In this document: piece after piece, positions 37,370 through 51,800 of the stretch
Layout of the letters: the number at the start of each line of letters is the position of its first letter
Numbering within the stretch: position 1 is the stretch's first letter
Position numbers and translations under genes: made by a program
The notes under the pieces: model-generated
Database searches by the model: none
Seen by the model: the letters and a program-made list of their open reading frames with translations, nothing else
What the model was told of the DNA's origin: nothing
Assembly: GCA_001244265.2 (NCBI GenBank)
Contig: CDLV01000015.1
Location: 558,001 to 622,000 of the forward strand
Origin: Microbotryum violaceum
Lineage: Eukaryota
Length of the DNA stretch: 64,000 nt
Reading direction: 5' to 3'

Positions 37370-40067
37370 ATGGCGCGCACCAAAGCCAACGATAGCAACG
37401 TGTTCAAGTCCAAAAAGGGGCGCTTGCATCTGCTCGCGACCGACAAGGAACGAGCGTTCGATCGCAAAGGATCGACGGTCAATCGACTCGAGACGAGCGA
37501 CGATGCTTTTGGTGGCGACGAGGACGAGTGTCAGTTGGCTGTGCTCGCTACGACCTTTTTTTTCCCCAAGCAACACATTGCTCAATCTTCTCTCCCTCCC
37601 ACTTCACAGTCCACCGACAGAGGGACTCGATCCTGTTCGAACACACCCATGCCAGTCGCAACGACAAGAACGGCAAGTCCCTCCTTGGCCTCAAATGCCA
37701 TCAAGTCTGGACTACCCCATCTGATGACCACTCTACCATCCTTTTTTTCACAGACCTAGGTGATCTCTCGGATGACGACGAGATTTATGGACTCGACTTG
37801 CCCTCTCAAGACGAGCATCAAGACGATGAACACGACGATCATCAGGGAGAGCACGAGGCACCAGCTCAACGAAAGCAGTTCAAGAGGGCCCCCATGAACG
37901 ATACCAACAAGGGGAGGTTTTCCAAGTCATCTGCAGCTACCGACGAGAAGGAGCGCGCCGCCGACTCGCAAGATGACGACGACGACGACGATTCTGACGA
38001 AAACGACCATGCCCCGACCAAGCCTTCCGACGACAACGACGACGACGACGACGACGACAATGGGGCCGATCGCGAAGGCGCCCAAGACTCGGACGACGAA
38101 GACACCTGGGCACCTGGATCGTACCATGCCTCGCGACGCGCACCGGGCGAAGCCGATTCAGAGGACGACGAGGCACTCGAATTGGAAGAGGCCGAAGCGA
38201 GGCGGTTGCAGAAAAAGAGCAAAACCGCTTTGGCCGCTGAAGACTATGGCCTGGACGAAGCCGAGGACGAGCTCGAAGGAACGTCGACGAATCGGACACG
38301 GTTCGAAGAGGAGGATGTAGCTTCCAACGCCAACTCAGCCCAGGTTCAGGTCGAATGGACTGAGGAAAAGGCGATCGCGCATCTGCTCAAGCACAACCCC
38401 GAGAACTTGGCCTTGCTCGACGACCTGACCAGGATCGCAGAGAGAATCAAGGTCGTCGAAACGGCTTTGGTGGATCTGCGCAAAGGGGGCGAACAGTCGG
38501 GCGAGGAGCACCAAGCTTTGCCTATCGTCGAGCTGGAACACCGTGAGCGAAGCTTGATCAGTGGCGCTTGGATAAGCCTAAGATATGAACCTAACGCCGC
38601 CCTTCCACAGAGGCGCTCGTCACCTATCTCCCAACCTTGACATTCTACTTTTCCCTCTTACTCTCGCCTCACCCGTCTCGCGAGCTGCTCACCGCCGTCC
38701 TCACGAGGTTGTCGTCGCTGCGCACTGCTTTGGCTTCTATGGAAGAGCTCGAACTCACGACCCAACTCGACGACTCGGACGATGAGGACTCTGGGGACTC
38801 TGGGGACAATCCAAAAGGCATGGAGCTTTCCGAGATCTGGGACAAGGGCGGGATGCAACCTGTCAGTGGCGAGGACGATGATGAAGACTCGGACGAAGAC
38901 GATGAGGACGACTTGGAAGACGATATCGACGCCGACATGGCCGAACTCGCTGAAGCCGACTTGGACTTTGATTCTGACGAATTTGACTCGGACCTCGAGG
39001 ACGAGAGGACGGGTTCAATGCTCGCGGGTATGGACGACGCCGAGCTCGAGACGCTGATGGAGCAGATGAAGGGGGACCGAAGTGCCGATGCGCTCATTGC
39101 CAAGGTCCAAGAGATTCAAGCGGCCAAAAAGGCCGGCCAGGCTGCTTCCGGTTCGAAGAAAGCGAGCAAAACGGCGACGAAAGAGTCTAACCAGAAGGAC
39201 AGGGTCAAGAAGCCCAAAAAGCAAGTCGTCATACCCGAGTTGCCGGCTTTGTCATCGGCGCCTGCTTTACGCAAAAAGGCGTCTCGAGTGGATGCCTGGG
39301 CTGCGGACGATTACCTCGATCCGACGAGCTTGGCCCTTGGTGATTCGACCGACAAGGCCTCGACGCGGCATTCGCTGCGGTTCCACGTCTCACAGGTCTC
39401 CCAAAAAGAGAAGCGGCGTAACGAAGGCAACGGGCGTCGCGTCGGTGGTGACGACGATTTGCCCAGACGGAGCAAGGAGAACGCGCGTAGGGAGGTGCTC
39501 AAACGACAGCAGCATGGTGTGCCTACTTCCGCGACGGGGGCCGCGCTCGACGACGATGATTGGGGGGAGGACGACCTTCGAGTGGCCAAGACGGTGCGCG
39601 GATCAAACTCTGGCGAAAGTGGGGAGGGTGGGGAAGACGGATCGAGTGGGTTGGACTATTACGAACAGGTCGCAGCCGAGTCCAAGGCCGGTCGACTAGC
39701 CAAGAAGGTCAAGTACGACGAAGAGCGTCAGGCAGAAAAGTGAGTGCTTTGCAGAGATCAATCTATTCAGAAGTCAACTGACCTTGAAATTGACGCACAC
39801 AGGGAGGAACTCATGTCGCTTGCCGACTCGTCCGTCGACGGACCCCGAGGTGCAACTCGCACGATCATGGCCAATAAAGGTCTCACGCCGCGTCGATCCA
39901 AGGCGTCACGCAACTCGCGTGTCAAGAAGCGCTTGCAGTACGACAAGGCGCTCAAGAAGGTCGCTTCGATGAAGGCCGTGTATAAGGGTGGCGATCGCAG
40001 CAATTACGAAGGAGAGAAGAGTGGCATTGGGAAGAATACGGTCAAGTCCGTGCGGCTCAACAAGTAG
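37370..40067 (+). CDS. SAS10: SSU processome protein Sas10/Utp3
   Basis: Acidic protein with C-terminal IMANKGLTPRRSK..RNSRVKKRLQYDKA..YEGEKSGI..VKSVRL. Confidence 0.92.
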
Positions 40068-40324
40068 GAGTCGCGGTTGGACGTTTTTTTGCTGTAGAAC
40101 CATGTTTTCTTTTTGCAATGCTGCCCGTCTGTGTTCAACACTTCATTGCGACCAGGCAAAGAGAGAAGGCAAGGGTGGAACACGATCGCTGGAGTGCGCC
40201 GCGAAAGCGAGACGCGCTTAAACGAAATCTCCTCGGGCTAGGGGCACAACAGATTCTTTTGAGCAACCTTGAAATTTCAACGTGGCAGCAGCAAGCACTA
40301 AAGAGATACAAAAAGACGCGACGC

Positions 40325-41945
40325 TTAGGCCTTGATCTTCTTGACACCCTCGAACGCCCTTTTCTCGGCCGCGGTCTGGAAGCGACCGTGACCGAATTTG
40401 GAACTCGTGTCGATGAACTTGAGCGTGATCTGCTCGGTCGCCTTGCGCGAGGTGTGGGTGATGAGCGACTTGCGCAGGGTCAAGACGCGCTTCTTGACAC
40501 CGACGGTCGAGCCCTTGACAACAACGAAGTCGTTCTTAACGATACCGTATCGGACGAAGCCACCGAGGGGGTTAATCGACTTCTCCGTGATGTCGAATTC
40601 GGTCGCACCCGAGTTGGCGTCACCAGCGGCGCCAATTCGGTAAATCTTCTTCGATCTGTAGAGAGCAAAAGTGGCAACGGTGAATATGCCATCCACGGGC
40701 AAGAAAACGAAAGGGAGAGAGCGCGAAAACTCACCGCTCGGTACGATGATGGTAACCGTTTTGACCGGCACGCGCGACCGAGTACATGACCTTGGAAGGA
40801 TGCCATGCACCAATGCAAGCTACCTTTCGCAATCCCTTGTGGGTCTTGCGCGGCAACTTCTTGGTTCCCCAACGGTGGGTCACACCCTCGAAACCGTGAC
40901 CGTGAGTGACACCGATGATGTCGATGTTCTCATTCTGCTCGAACACGGACGCGATGTCGACGGTCTTCTCAAAGTGCGACTTGGCGAACTCAACCTTGTC
41001 AGCGATCGAGCCACCGTTGACCTGGATCTCCATCAAATGGGCCTTCTTTTGCTGGAGGCCGGTCTTGCGGATCTGGGTGTGTGCGAGAACGCGGACGACG
41101 GAGCAGTACTTGGAGATACGCTCGAGCTCGCGGGCGATCGACGACTTGGGCCCAGTCTCGGCGTGCTTCTTGGCGGACTTGGTGAAGGCCTTTTTCTTGG
41201 ATCGGTACCAGTTCTTGTAGAATCGGCGCTTCAACTCGTCGGAAAGGTGCTCGGCCCAGACGGTGGTGAGCGATCGGAGACCACGGGGGGTCTCGACGTA
41301 GCCAACAACACCGACGACGACCATTGGGGGGGTGTCGATGACGGTGACGGCCTCGACGACCTCCTTCCTGTGCATCTCTGATGGTCGCGGAGAGGAGAGA
41401 GGAGGGGTCAGCAGTGGTTAAACAAGAGAGGGAAAAAGCGCGCCGATGGCTGGCTTACTGGATCCAGGTCGCTCCAACTCGCGGACAATGTGGGTCATGC
41501 CGGCCTTGTAACCGAGGAAGGCGGTCAAGTGGACGGGCTTGGACTTGTCATCCTGTGGTGTTGCAAGTGGGCGAAGACAAGGCGAGAGTGGTCAGCAGTT
41601 GTTGAGAGGTTGCGGTGGGACTCCTTAGCTGAGATGACTTACGGTGGGGAAGGCCTTTGCCTTACCACGGTGACGAGCTGCACGCTTGCGCGGCAAGAAA
41701 CCCAAAGAGCCGTGTCGGGGGTGCCTGTGGTGATGGTGAGGTAGGAGGAGTGAGGATGGTCGGTCGGTCAGTCTCGACGGGTTGGGGGCTCACTCCGCAA
41801 CAGGTCGCACTCGCGCCGCCGTGACACCTTCGGGCTTGGGGTCGCGGCCTTGATGCGCCAGCTGCCACGGCCAGGTCTAGCCAGGCAGCACCGTCGACGG
41901 CGCGAGCAGACCGAGACAGACTCACTCAAACTTCCTGTGAGACAT
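40325..41945 (-). CDS. RPL3: 60S ribosomal protein L3 (uL3)
   Basis: [66 protein letters not shown]. Confidence 0.98.
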
Positions 41946-42868
41946 ATCGACTAGGAAGAACAACGAGAAAATACAGGTGTCAGCGGGTCTGTGTCGAATC
42001 ATGTAATCGTGGGGGTGTGTGGTGATCGTGGTCGTGTCCTCGGTGCTACTCGCTGGCTGAGCTGGGCCGCAAAGCGCGGAGGGTCGGTGCGACGACGAAG
42101 TCCACGACGGCCACGCCTGCAGCGTCCCATGCGTATGCGTATGCAAACCCCCACCCCTTCCGGCCCATACCAGTCCATGTCGATCATGGTCGAGTTGTGT
42201 GTAAGAAGATGGTCAAGGACTGAGGTGCTGGGAGGATAGGTCGTAGGGCTTGCGATGCTGGGCCGCGTCGTTGAGGCGCTGGGCGTCGGCTTTCGCTGGC
42301 TGTCGGCCGTCGAAAAAAAGATGCGGCGGCGGGCCCGGTCGCAGCGCACAAGGCCCAGGCTGGCAGGCCGGCAGGCAAGCAGCTGGTGTGGTGGAGCAAA
42401 TCGTCGACAGAACGGCCTAGTCCATGCAGTACACGATATTCCACCCAAAGTGTTGAACGTAGCCAACACCAAGATGGACCATGGACGTCGGGCACTCACC
42501 CGAACAGAACCTGTAGGAAGGGATGTTAGATGGGCGAAAGGCAACCCAGCTTCGAGCGCCCGAGACCCTAGCGCCGCATCTTCCACGGGCGTAGACGAGC
42601 GCAGGCGCGCCGCCGAGCTCGCGCGCTGGAGAATCGGTAATACAAATTGAGCTCAGTTACTATTAGCGCCCCCACTTGGTATACTGACGGAACGACAGCA
42701 GTAATAGTCGCGCAGATCAGGGCGTTCGCTGGGAAACTCGGAGCTGAATTCGTTGGCCAATCTCTCGCTTGCTCGCTCTCTCGAGTCCACGACCACGTCT
42801 CCGTCGCCGTCTATCGCCGTAACACGGCTCCACCCCGACCATCCTGCAGGCATGAGTGGCCACACGAG

Positions 42869-45800
42869 ATGAACAAACCAGGCGGTATGAATGCAACCTG
42901 GCAAAGGTGAGTCATGCATATCATACTGCCATCTCCTTCCGTACCATCTACCCCTGCGCCGGTCGAAAGCCCACCCCCTCCGTGTTCCCCCCACACAAGA
43001 AGTGCCGGATGCGTCGAGTCGATGCGAGCTCGCGATCAGACCATCTCCCGCTGACCCTCGCTCGGTCTCGCCCGATTGCCCGCTCCCACTCCAGTCTGAC
43101 GACCTTGTCCAAGGGCACCGACGAGACACGGTCATGGACGAGCTTGGTCGTCACCGTCGTCGCGGTGCTGCTGACGTTGAGGGTGTTGCTGCACGTCCTG
43201 CTCGCGCTGTTCGTGCCTCGGCTTCGGATTCGCACCGTGTTCGCGCTCGGCCTCGGCGGCTTTGAATGGCACGACCCGTCCGGCGTCGTCATCACCGTCG
43301 AACGCTTCGCATGGTCCATCGTCGGCACCAACACCTCCAAGAAAGGCTGGTTCATCCTCAGGTGCGTTGGCGTCGAGGTGCGCATTCCAAAGCGCATCGT
43401 CATCGAGCCGCCTCCACCACGTCCACCGCGAAACACGTCTGGCACTCCTCGCCGCAAGGCTCGATTCGAACACCCGCGAGATGGACCTTCCAGCAGACAA
43501 CACCCTCTCAACCTCAATGGCTCATCAGCAAGGAAGGACTCGGTGTTCGACCCCTCTTACTCCCCACCGCAAACCCCTCGCCTGGACGAGGACAGCGACG
43601 ATGTGCAGCAGCGTTCTGCTCGTCGTGCCCGAAAGCCGCGTCTGTCACGACTCGCTCTTCGCCTCGTCCGGCACATGCTCGCATTGGTGCTCGCCCCGAT
43701 CCACCTCATCGTTCGACGACTGACCTCGCTCCTGACCCTGTTCGCGGTCGAGATCGATCTCGCCGTCGAGCTCGAGGACATCGCCCGTGTCAAGTGCCTC
43801 GTCGATGTCGGCGGTGAGATCGCTCGCCCCTTTGTCGTACGTCGTACCGTCGACAAACACCGACGCTCGAGCAGGCATGATATCGATCGCGAGGCCCACA
43901 TTGGGGTCTGGATCGCCATCTCGGGGCTCAAGATTCACGAGGTTCTGCCACCCAAATCGACCATTCCGCAGACGCCGACCCCGCTGCCCGCCGTCGAAAT
44001 ACAGTCCCTGCTCCTGCTGTCGGCCTCGACCCCTTTCGGACCGACGGGTGGGCTCATCTCCCTCATCAAGTGTCGTGGCAAGCAGTGGAACGCAGGACGG
44101 GCGACTGTACGGGTGTCGCTGACGATCGAGAAACCCCGTCGCGCGAGAAAGGATCTCGACACGGGCGTGCACATCCGAGTGTACGAAGGGAAAGCGCTGC
44201 TCGCCAAGGTCGAAGATCTGCTGCACGAACGCAAGCAGTTTCTTCGTCGACACCCTCGACCGGATCGTGCCGTCGTTGGTGCAGCAGAAGAGCTTTCCAA
44301 GGCCCAGAACAGTGCCAAACCGAAACCAACGCCTCTCTTCTTCCTGCGCTCCTTCGACGCTGAGATCCCGCTCGTCGTCGTTTCGGCTCACTACCACACC
44401 CCTCACCATACACTTGCGGCGTGCCCCAAACGACAACTCCCGCAGGCCGTCGCGTTCGCACTGACGATCCGCAAGATATCGGCTCGACTGCGTATGAGCG
44501 GCTCGACGGACATGGTCAAACGCGAGCACGCCGAGTGGCTCGGCAAAGATCGAGTTCTGGGTTTGGGAGGAACGATTGGCTGGGGCGAGATTGAAGGCAG
44601 GGTCAAGGTCGACGGATCGGCAGGTGAGTGCAACGATGAATAGGTTTCCGACAGACAAAGGTCTGATCCCATGATGTCGTGTGCAGAGGACATCCTTCCC
44701 AATTCGGCCAAAGCGTTCTCGATCGGTCGCTCCTCGGTAACGACGACGACGACTTGGTTACCTCCCAGATTATTCGAGTCCTTTGCGGCCCACACACCCG
44801 AACTCGTGACGTACACATCCCCTCGGTACTTCAACGACGAGACCGTTATTATCGAAGGCTACATCGGCGAGGTGCGAGGGCACGCCAAGTACGAGACGAT
44901 CGACAGCGCGCTGCGTATTTTTATGGCGCGCCCGCGGTCCCAGTTCGGCAAGTATACCCGCACGGACTTGTCGTCCAACAGCGAGGCCAAGGTCGTCCGG
45001 GGAGCGCCGCGCGTCGTCGGGCACATCGCGATGGCGGGGATCGAGCTGCGCGTGCAGGCGCCGACGAGCAGTTCCGAGGACGACATCGCCGACGATCGCG
45101 ACCAATTTTTCCGCGAGTGGGCTTGTCCGGATCTGTTTTGTCTCTCCATTCCCAACGGGACCTTTAGCTTCGGGGGCGAGTACGAGGACCGCAGCCTGCG
45201 GCGCACCGAGGCTGATCGCCGCTTGGCCAGACGAAATGAGAAATACCGGAGCAAACGACCGGGCGAGCCGCACGACCGCGAGGCGAGCTACAAGTCCGTT
45301 GAGTTGCGCGACAAGGGCATGCTCACCGAGAGCAAAATTCCCATCAAACAGCACTACGCCGACGCGCCTGAATCGACGCTGTCGGACGTGCACGATCTGC
45401 GCTCGCTCCCTATGATGTACACGGCGCGGGCCCACGTCGCGGCCGAGACGCTCAACATCTACATCATTGCGACAGACCCTATCCGAGGCGAGGGAGGTAC
45501 CGGAAGCAGCGAGTGCTTCCTGGACCAGCAATCGACGCTGCCTTCGAACACGCGGCGTCTCGACATTCTCGCCGCGGGTCCGGTCGAGATCACGCTGACG
45601 CAGCAGATCAAGTGCTCGGTCAAGGACGACGCCCAGCTCGGAGCGATCGCCGAATTCAACCTCCACACGCTCGTCGGCGAACACAACATCTTGGTCGAAC
45701 ATGTTGGAATTGACTTGTGGCGACCGATCGTGATGAGCTGCCTGCGCGATTTCGTGTCGTCGTGGGCGAACGCTTCGGCGACCAAGACGACGCGAGCCAA

Positions 45801-48800
45801 GACGACTGACGAATTGGGTCTGCCCGAGCCCAAGCCGCTCGTGCGATTATTGCCCCACAACCAGTGCTTTTACGCCGCCATCGGGACCTTTGACGTGCGC
45901 CTCGCTGGGTCCGACCCCAAGAACGACGGGCAAGCCTGTCGCGGTATCGCCGTCCACTGCGGCCCCGTCGTGTTCGAGTACCTGCTCCAGCCCAAGCTGC
46001 GCCAGGAAGGCGCCGTCAACTACGGCAACCGCGCCTCACTCGAGCTGGCCGAAGACATCCGCCAGGAGGCAAACGCGTTGGCGATGTCGCACCGCGACCA
46101 AGCGCTCGTCAAGGTCGCGGTCCACGATTGGAGCATCGACCCCGTCGTCGACGCCCGCGAGACGCTGGGGCATACGCGAAAGTACTCGATGTGGCCCGGG
46201 ATGGAGCAGGATGGCCACGAGGACGCTTCGTGGGAGTTGCGCAACCGCGCCCACATTACGGATCTGACGAAACGGCGCAAGACGATCATGGTCCATCGAC
46301 CGGACAAGACCGTCAAGCGCATCGCCCACGTTCCCATACTGGCCCTGCGTGCTCGAATTGTTGAAGTTAAGGGGCGGACCCCCAATGGGCCCCTGGACGA
46401 GGTCATCGTGTCGGTCAAGGGTCGCACGGGGACCTTCCGGCTCGAGTTGTTCAGCATCTACCTGTGCCTCGTCGCCTTTTCTGCGCTACGTTCGCTTTCA
46501 CCGAAGCACAACCCCGAACTGAGCCCCCGGCCTCCCGCGGTCGATCCTGACGTGGACGAGGACGTGGGCTCGGACGAAGTCGAGCATGCCGAGGGCGAAT
46601 CGTCCAAGGCTGATTCGGCGAAACGACCCAAGCCCCTGGTTAGCCTGCGGGGTGACGTCGATGATCTGAATCTGTTCATCACCCTACCCCACAACGTGCC
46701 ATTGTACCTCAACCTCAAGCGCCCCTGCGTGCAGTACACGAAGCAGATTGGCCTTCTCGTTGAATGGGACACAGGTTTGCTAGCGGGTGACAGTCCGACC
46801 GTGCTGGGCAAGTGGGACGATCTTTTGCGCCTGCGTGTCACCTCGCTCGCCGTCCGACCTGAACCGGGGAACGATGGGCATCGACCGTTTGTGATTTCGT
46901 TGTCGTCCGAAACAGCCCGCATGAGGATACCTTTCCGCTACGTCTGTGAGTAGGAGAGAGAGCCGACTTGTCGCTTCGCACAATTTGATGCTCATGTCTA
47001 CAACCTGCTGTGGGTGTGTTCAGATTCGCGCATCATCGACAACGTCGCCAACCTGATCAAAGCGACGAAGCAGTTGGTGCACCAGCACGTCAAGGGCGGG
47101 ATGAACTTTGTCCTCGAGCCGGAAGCCGAAGCGGCGAAAAAGCTACCGCGGATCGAGCTCAACATCAAGATGTTTGCGATCGAAATCCAGGACGATCCGT
47201 TCGAAACACGGTTAAACATCATCTGGCGTGCCGGGTACGAGGAGCAGAGCGCACGCATTGAGCGCCAACACGCGTTTCAGGCCAAGCTTGAGGCCATCCG
47301 TAAGGCGCACGAGGAGAACGGGGTGCCCCTCAAGGACGACATCCACATCGACGGTTGTGCACAAGAGACGCCCATGGCGCGGCACGGGCCCAACGGGCAC
47401 CACACCGTCAGCCCCAAGCAGGCCCTTCACGACTTGCTGGCGTACAACTCGTCGCACTGGGTCAAGCGTATGCGCAATGCTGTGGCGGAGCAGGCGCGTC
47501 GTGAAGAAGCCCTTACCAGGCGACTGTACGGCGGCAAGCACAACAGCAAGCGACCCGACTCGGTGCTCCCCGTCCCCTTGCTGCCAACGAGTAAATCCGT
47601 GCCGCTGGCTCGCGCGACGCTGCACAACCTGCAGTTCACGATCTCGCGCACGAGCTTTGCCGACGAAAAGCTTCCCGACTTCTTGCACGACGTCGGCAAG
47701 GGTTTGCCGCGCGATACCCAATTTACGCTCCTGGTGCCGATGCACGTCAACGTGCAGATGAGCGAAGCGACGATTCGTCTCCGCGACTACCCGCTTCCGC
47801 TGCTCCACATTCCCATCGCTCCTGATGCCCCCGATGTGGCCAAGACGCAGACACCCAAGGCGAGTTGGATCATGGACATGGACCTCGTCATTGGCGAAGA
47901 GATCGGGAGCGAAGAGTCCATCCGTCGCGTCCCCGTCGTGATCGTGCCCGCGCATGCGGCCAAGTCGAGCACGAACCTGTATTCGATCGTCGTTCCACGT
48001 ACAGCGATGACGACCAAGATGTACGCGGTGCCCACGATTCGAGTGCGGTCGCCGTACGCGACACGGATTGGTTGGGGGAATTCGATCTCGCCGGCAATCC
48101 AAGACGTCGCCAAGGTGCTCGACACGATCACGAAGCAGTCTCCCGATCCTTCGGACCGGATTGGCTTCTGGGACAAGATCCGGCTCCAGTTCCATTGGCG
48201 CGTATCGGTGTTGTTCGAAGGCGAAGGTCCCGTGCACTTCCATCTCAAGGGTAGTCGGGACCCGTACTCGATCACGGGCTTCGGCGCCGGCTTCGTCAAG
48301 TCGTGGCACGGCAGCGTCAAGTTTCTCGTTGGGCACCAAAATCCCGATCGCGAGTTCTTCCAGATCCTGTCGGACCGCTACATTCTCGGTGTGCCCAATC
48401 TGCGCGACTATGTCGACAACGCTGCGACGGGTTTGGCACAGACGAACCGGGACAATGCCGAGTACACGGACAACAACACAACATTGAACGGCCTCGAAAC
48501 GGGTCAGTACAAGTTTGGCGCCGACACCGAGTTCGTCAAGGTATGCGCCCGACTTGTGCACGGCGTGCGCTGGGGTATGGGATGCGTCGTCGAGCGGGCG
48601 TGCACGGACAAGACTTGCGAAAAGGTCGAATGCAAAGGTCGGACCCCATTTCACCGCGCCTGTCGTATCTGGGACTTTATCCCTCACTGGGAAGTGCACA
48701 CCAAAACTGATCGGGCCATCAAGACCGATGGGGAGGTGAGCCCGCGTAGCCTTCTTCGATAGTAGACTGAGGCAGCTGACTTCGTTTACTTTGACTGCAC

Positions 48801-51800
48801 TGCTTGAGGTCGAGGACTCGTTTGCTGGCTTCCGTTCCGACTTTATCCACTTTTCAATCTCGCTCACCTCACCGTCGACGCTGGATCTGCCTTCGTGCGG
48901 GACGTCTCCGAACCCCGATGACGCGAGCAGCGATCACGAAGCCGAGTCGTTCGTCGAGGACGTCGACAAGAGCAACAGCTTGCACTTCACGCCGCACGCG
49001 ATGGCGCATTTTGCACGGTGGTGGAAGCTCTTTGACGGCACCATGTCCCTGCCGATCCGTCAGGGCAAGCTGTTCCCTTCGTCGCAAGCGCCCTCGAAGA
49101 AGTTTGGCAAGCACTGCGCGACGATCAAGTATCGCTTCAGTCTCGCCCCCTTGTTTATCTCGCACACCTACCGCCAAGATGCGCCGGAGGAATGGGCCAA
49201 GGGAGAGACGACGGCCCTCGGCATCAAGGCTAAGATTGGCCGCTTCAACGTCGATTTGCACCAGCGCGAACAGGAATCGCTCGTCACACATTCGGACACG
49301 ATGGTGACCAAACAGGTGATTCACAAGGCCTTCTACCTCGCCGAAGTCGACCTCGACGACGTGGACCTTCGCGCCATCTCGGCGACGTTCAGCGAGCCCG
49401 AAAAGGCGCAGCTGGTCCCTCTGGAGGAGATGAACGAAGGAGAGCAGGAGCTGCCGCTGCTGCCTTTGCCAAACATCTCTGACGAGGATTTGGCGTGGGT
49501 CGATCGGGATGACTACGTCGATATCTCCTACAGCTTCGAGGACGAGGCGCCCCGCGTTCGCATGTTCCCCTTCATCACCTGTCCTCGGCTCACATACGAT
49601 CGCCAGATTGACGTCGCGCGATGGACGCCGGAAGAAGCGGAGGAGGAGCAGCGACGTCATGACCAGGAGGGACACAAGAGTGGTGCCGGGGATCATGCGC
49701 GATACCAAACGCTCGAATTGACGCACGACGAGCGCAGCGAACAGGCCTACCCAAAGAGCAAGTTTGGGCGTGAGCCGTCGCACACTTGTCTCGTCGGGCA
49801 AGCCAAATGTACGTACATCATTGCCGGTGCTTCGAAATTACCATGACTTCTCCGCTCATATCCTTTCCCCTGATCTTATCAAACAGCTGCGATCGACATC
49901 CAGATAGATGCCGCTAACGCTCGCCTCGAAGAGCTTCAGAGCCAGCAAAAGGTTGGTCTGGCTGGTCGTGGAGGTAGGTAGGGGCTTGTGACAGAATACT
50001 GACAGTGGCATCCCTCCCGCAGACCCCTGCGATCGCGCACACTGGGCGCGAGCTCGAGTCTCGCATCGCCGCCATCACGGCCATCATCGCGCGGCTCAAA
50101 AAAGTGCGTGAAGCTGAAGTCTCGGCCAAGCGTTCGCCCACGGGTTGCAACGACGACTCGTCCTCGACGCATCCGCACGAGCCGGCCGAAGACGAAGGCG
50201 AAGAGCTGTCGCACATTACGAGCCACTTTTATTCCCAGTGGGGCGATTGGGAGAACCGATACATGTTCCACAATCCTTCGATGCACTTGACGAACGCTTC
50301 GCGCCAGATCTTGCTCAAGTACTACCATTCTTCGCAAGATCGCAAGGCGTTCGTATACCACCTCTCAGCCACGGCGATCAAGTTCATCCGCGACCTCGCT
50401 GCCCCCGCCGAGGACTCCAAGTCCAAAAAGTCGACCGTGCGCCAGAAGGGTGCGAAGGACACGAACGATTTGACCGTCCGAGGCGCTTCCTCGTCGGACG
50501 TATCGGCCTCGGCGCGGCGATTACTCGACGACTTGCTCAAGAGCCACGTCGAAGAGGGCAAGACGCCCGGTTCCAGCCGGGCCAATTCGTGGGCCGAGGG
50601 CGAGGATCAAGGCAGTCGAGCTAGGCAGCACCAAGACGACGACCACGGCGACATGGAGCTCGATCCCGACGCCGCGTCCCTACTGCTTCCGGAACGGTAC
50701 ACGAGCAAACGCGCCCACTTCTGCATGTTCATCAAGCCGCAGATCGCGCTGACGAGCGACGTCGATGACAAGTCGACTGTGATCCTGACCGCGTTCCGCG
50801 CCCAGTTCAAGTCGTTCGCGGTCAACGACAGCGAGTACCCCGATGACCCCATCAACGCGGACGTCTTGCACTCGACGTTCGCGACACTCGAAGGGCTTCA
50901 GGCCTTTTGCCCCCAGGTCTCGACGAGAACCAAGGGTTTGACCAAGCTGACCGTGCCGCTCGAGACGCTGATTGACCTGCGCGTGGAGCCCTGGGGCTTC
51001 GATCGTATCGTCCCTCGTACCTGGGCATCGATGCGCTACGACAAGTTCAACAAGTTGCGTCTGGGCTCGAGCAAGGCTGTGCACGAGCAGGAGGCCCCGC
51101 ATCTCTGGGCTCCGTCGATGAGTCATTTCCGCACGGGTACTGGCAAGTCGATATACACATGTTCTAGTTTAATCTCGAGGGCGAGAAGCTGAACTCCTCT
51201 ATTTTGACCCACGGATGAACCAGATCGCATTGCCCTGAAGAACGACAAGCTTTCTGTGTCGGCGAATCCGACTCACTTCACAGCCGTGTACAACGTCGTC
51301 ACTGACCTACTCTTGTACAGCGATCCTGCTCACAAGCGGCGCAACACCAAGCTTGAGGCGCTGGTGTTCACCCATGATTTCACCCACCTCGACGGGGCCA
51401 TCGGCGTCGTCAGCGACCTGCAATACAAGGTTCGATCCCTCGCGGCGATGGTCCTGCAGTACCGTATCCATCTCGACGAACTCGATGGCGAAGGTCGCCT
51501 CGAGATGTTCACCTACATGACCGAAGCTATCCGGCAGGCGTCCGAGTTGACTCTGCTCGTCGAGTCCATCTCGCGCGCGCGATCGCTGAGTGGGGCTCTC
51601 AAGCCTGCGACGAGTCACGCGGGCCTCCTGTTCGAAGCCAAGGCACCCGAACTGACGTGGCACATGCACGACAACGCCGACATTCCCTTTGCCAAGTTCT
51701 CTGTCACGGGTGCCGAATTTGCATGGACGAGCAAGTCCGACAGCTCGGTATCGAATCGTCTCGTTATTAAGGACCTCAAGGCGCTCAACAGCAGTCCCGA

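Noticed and set aside
47212-49801. Long antisense ORFs (551 aa, 310 aa) within FMP27, and similar ones over RPL3 and PRS
   Set aside because: Shadow ORFs expected from GC-rich codon bias; no protein motifs
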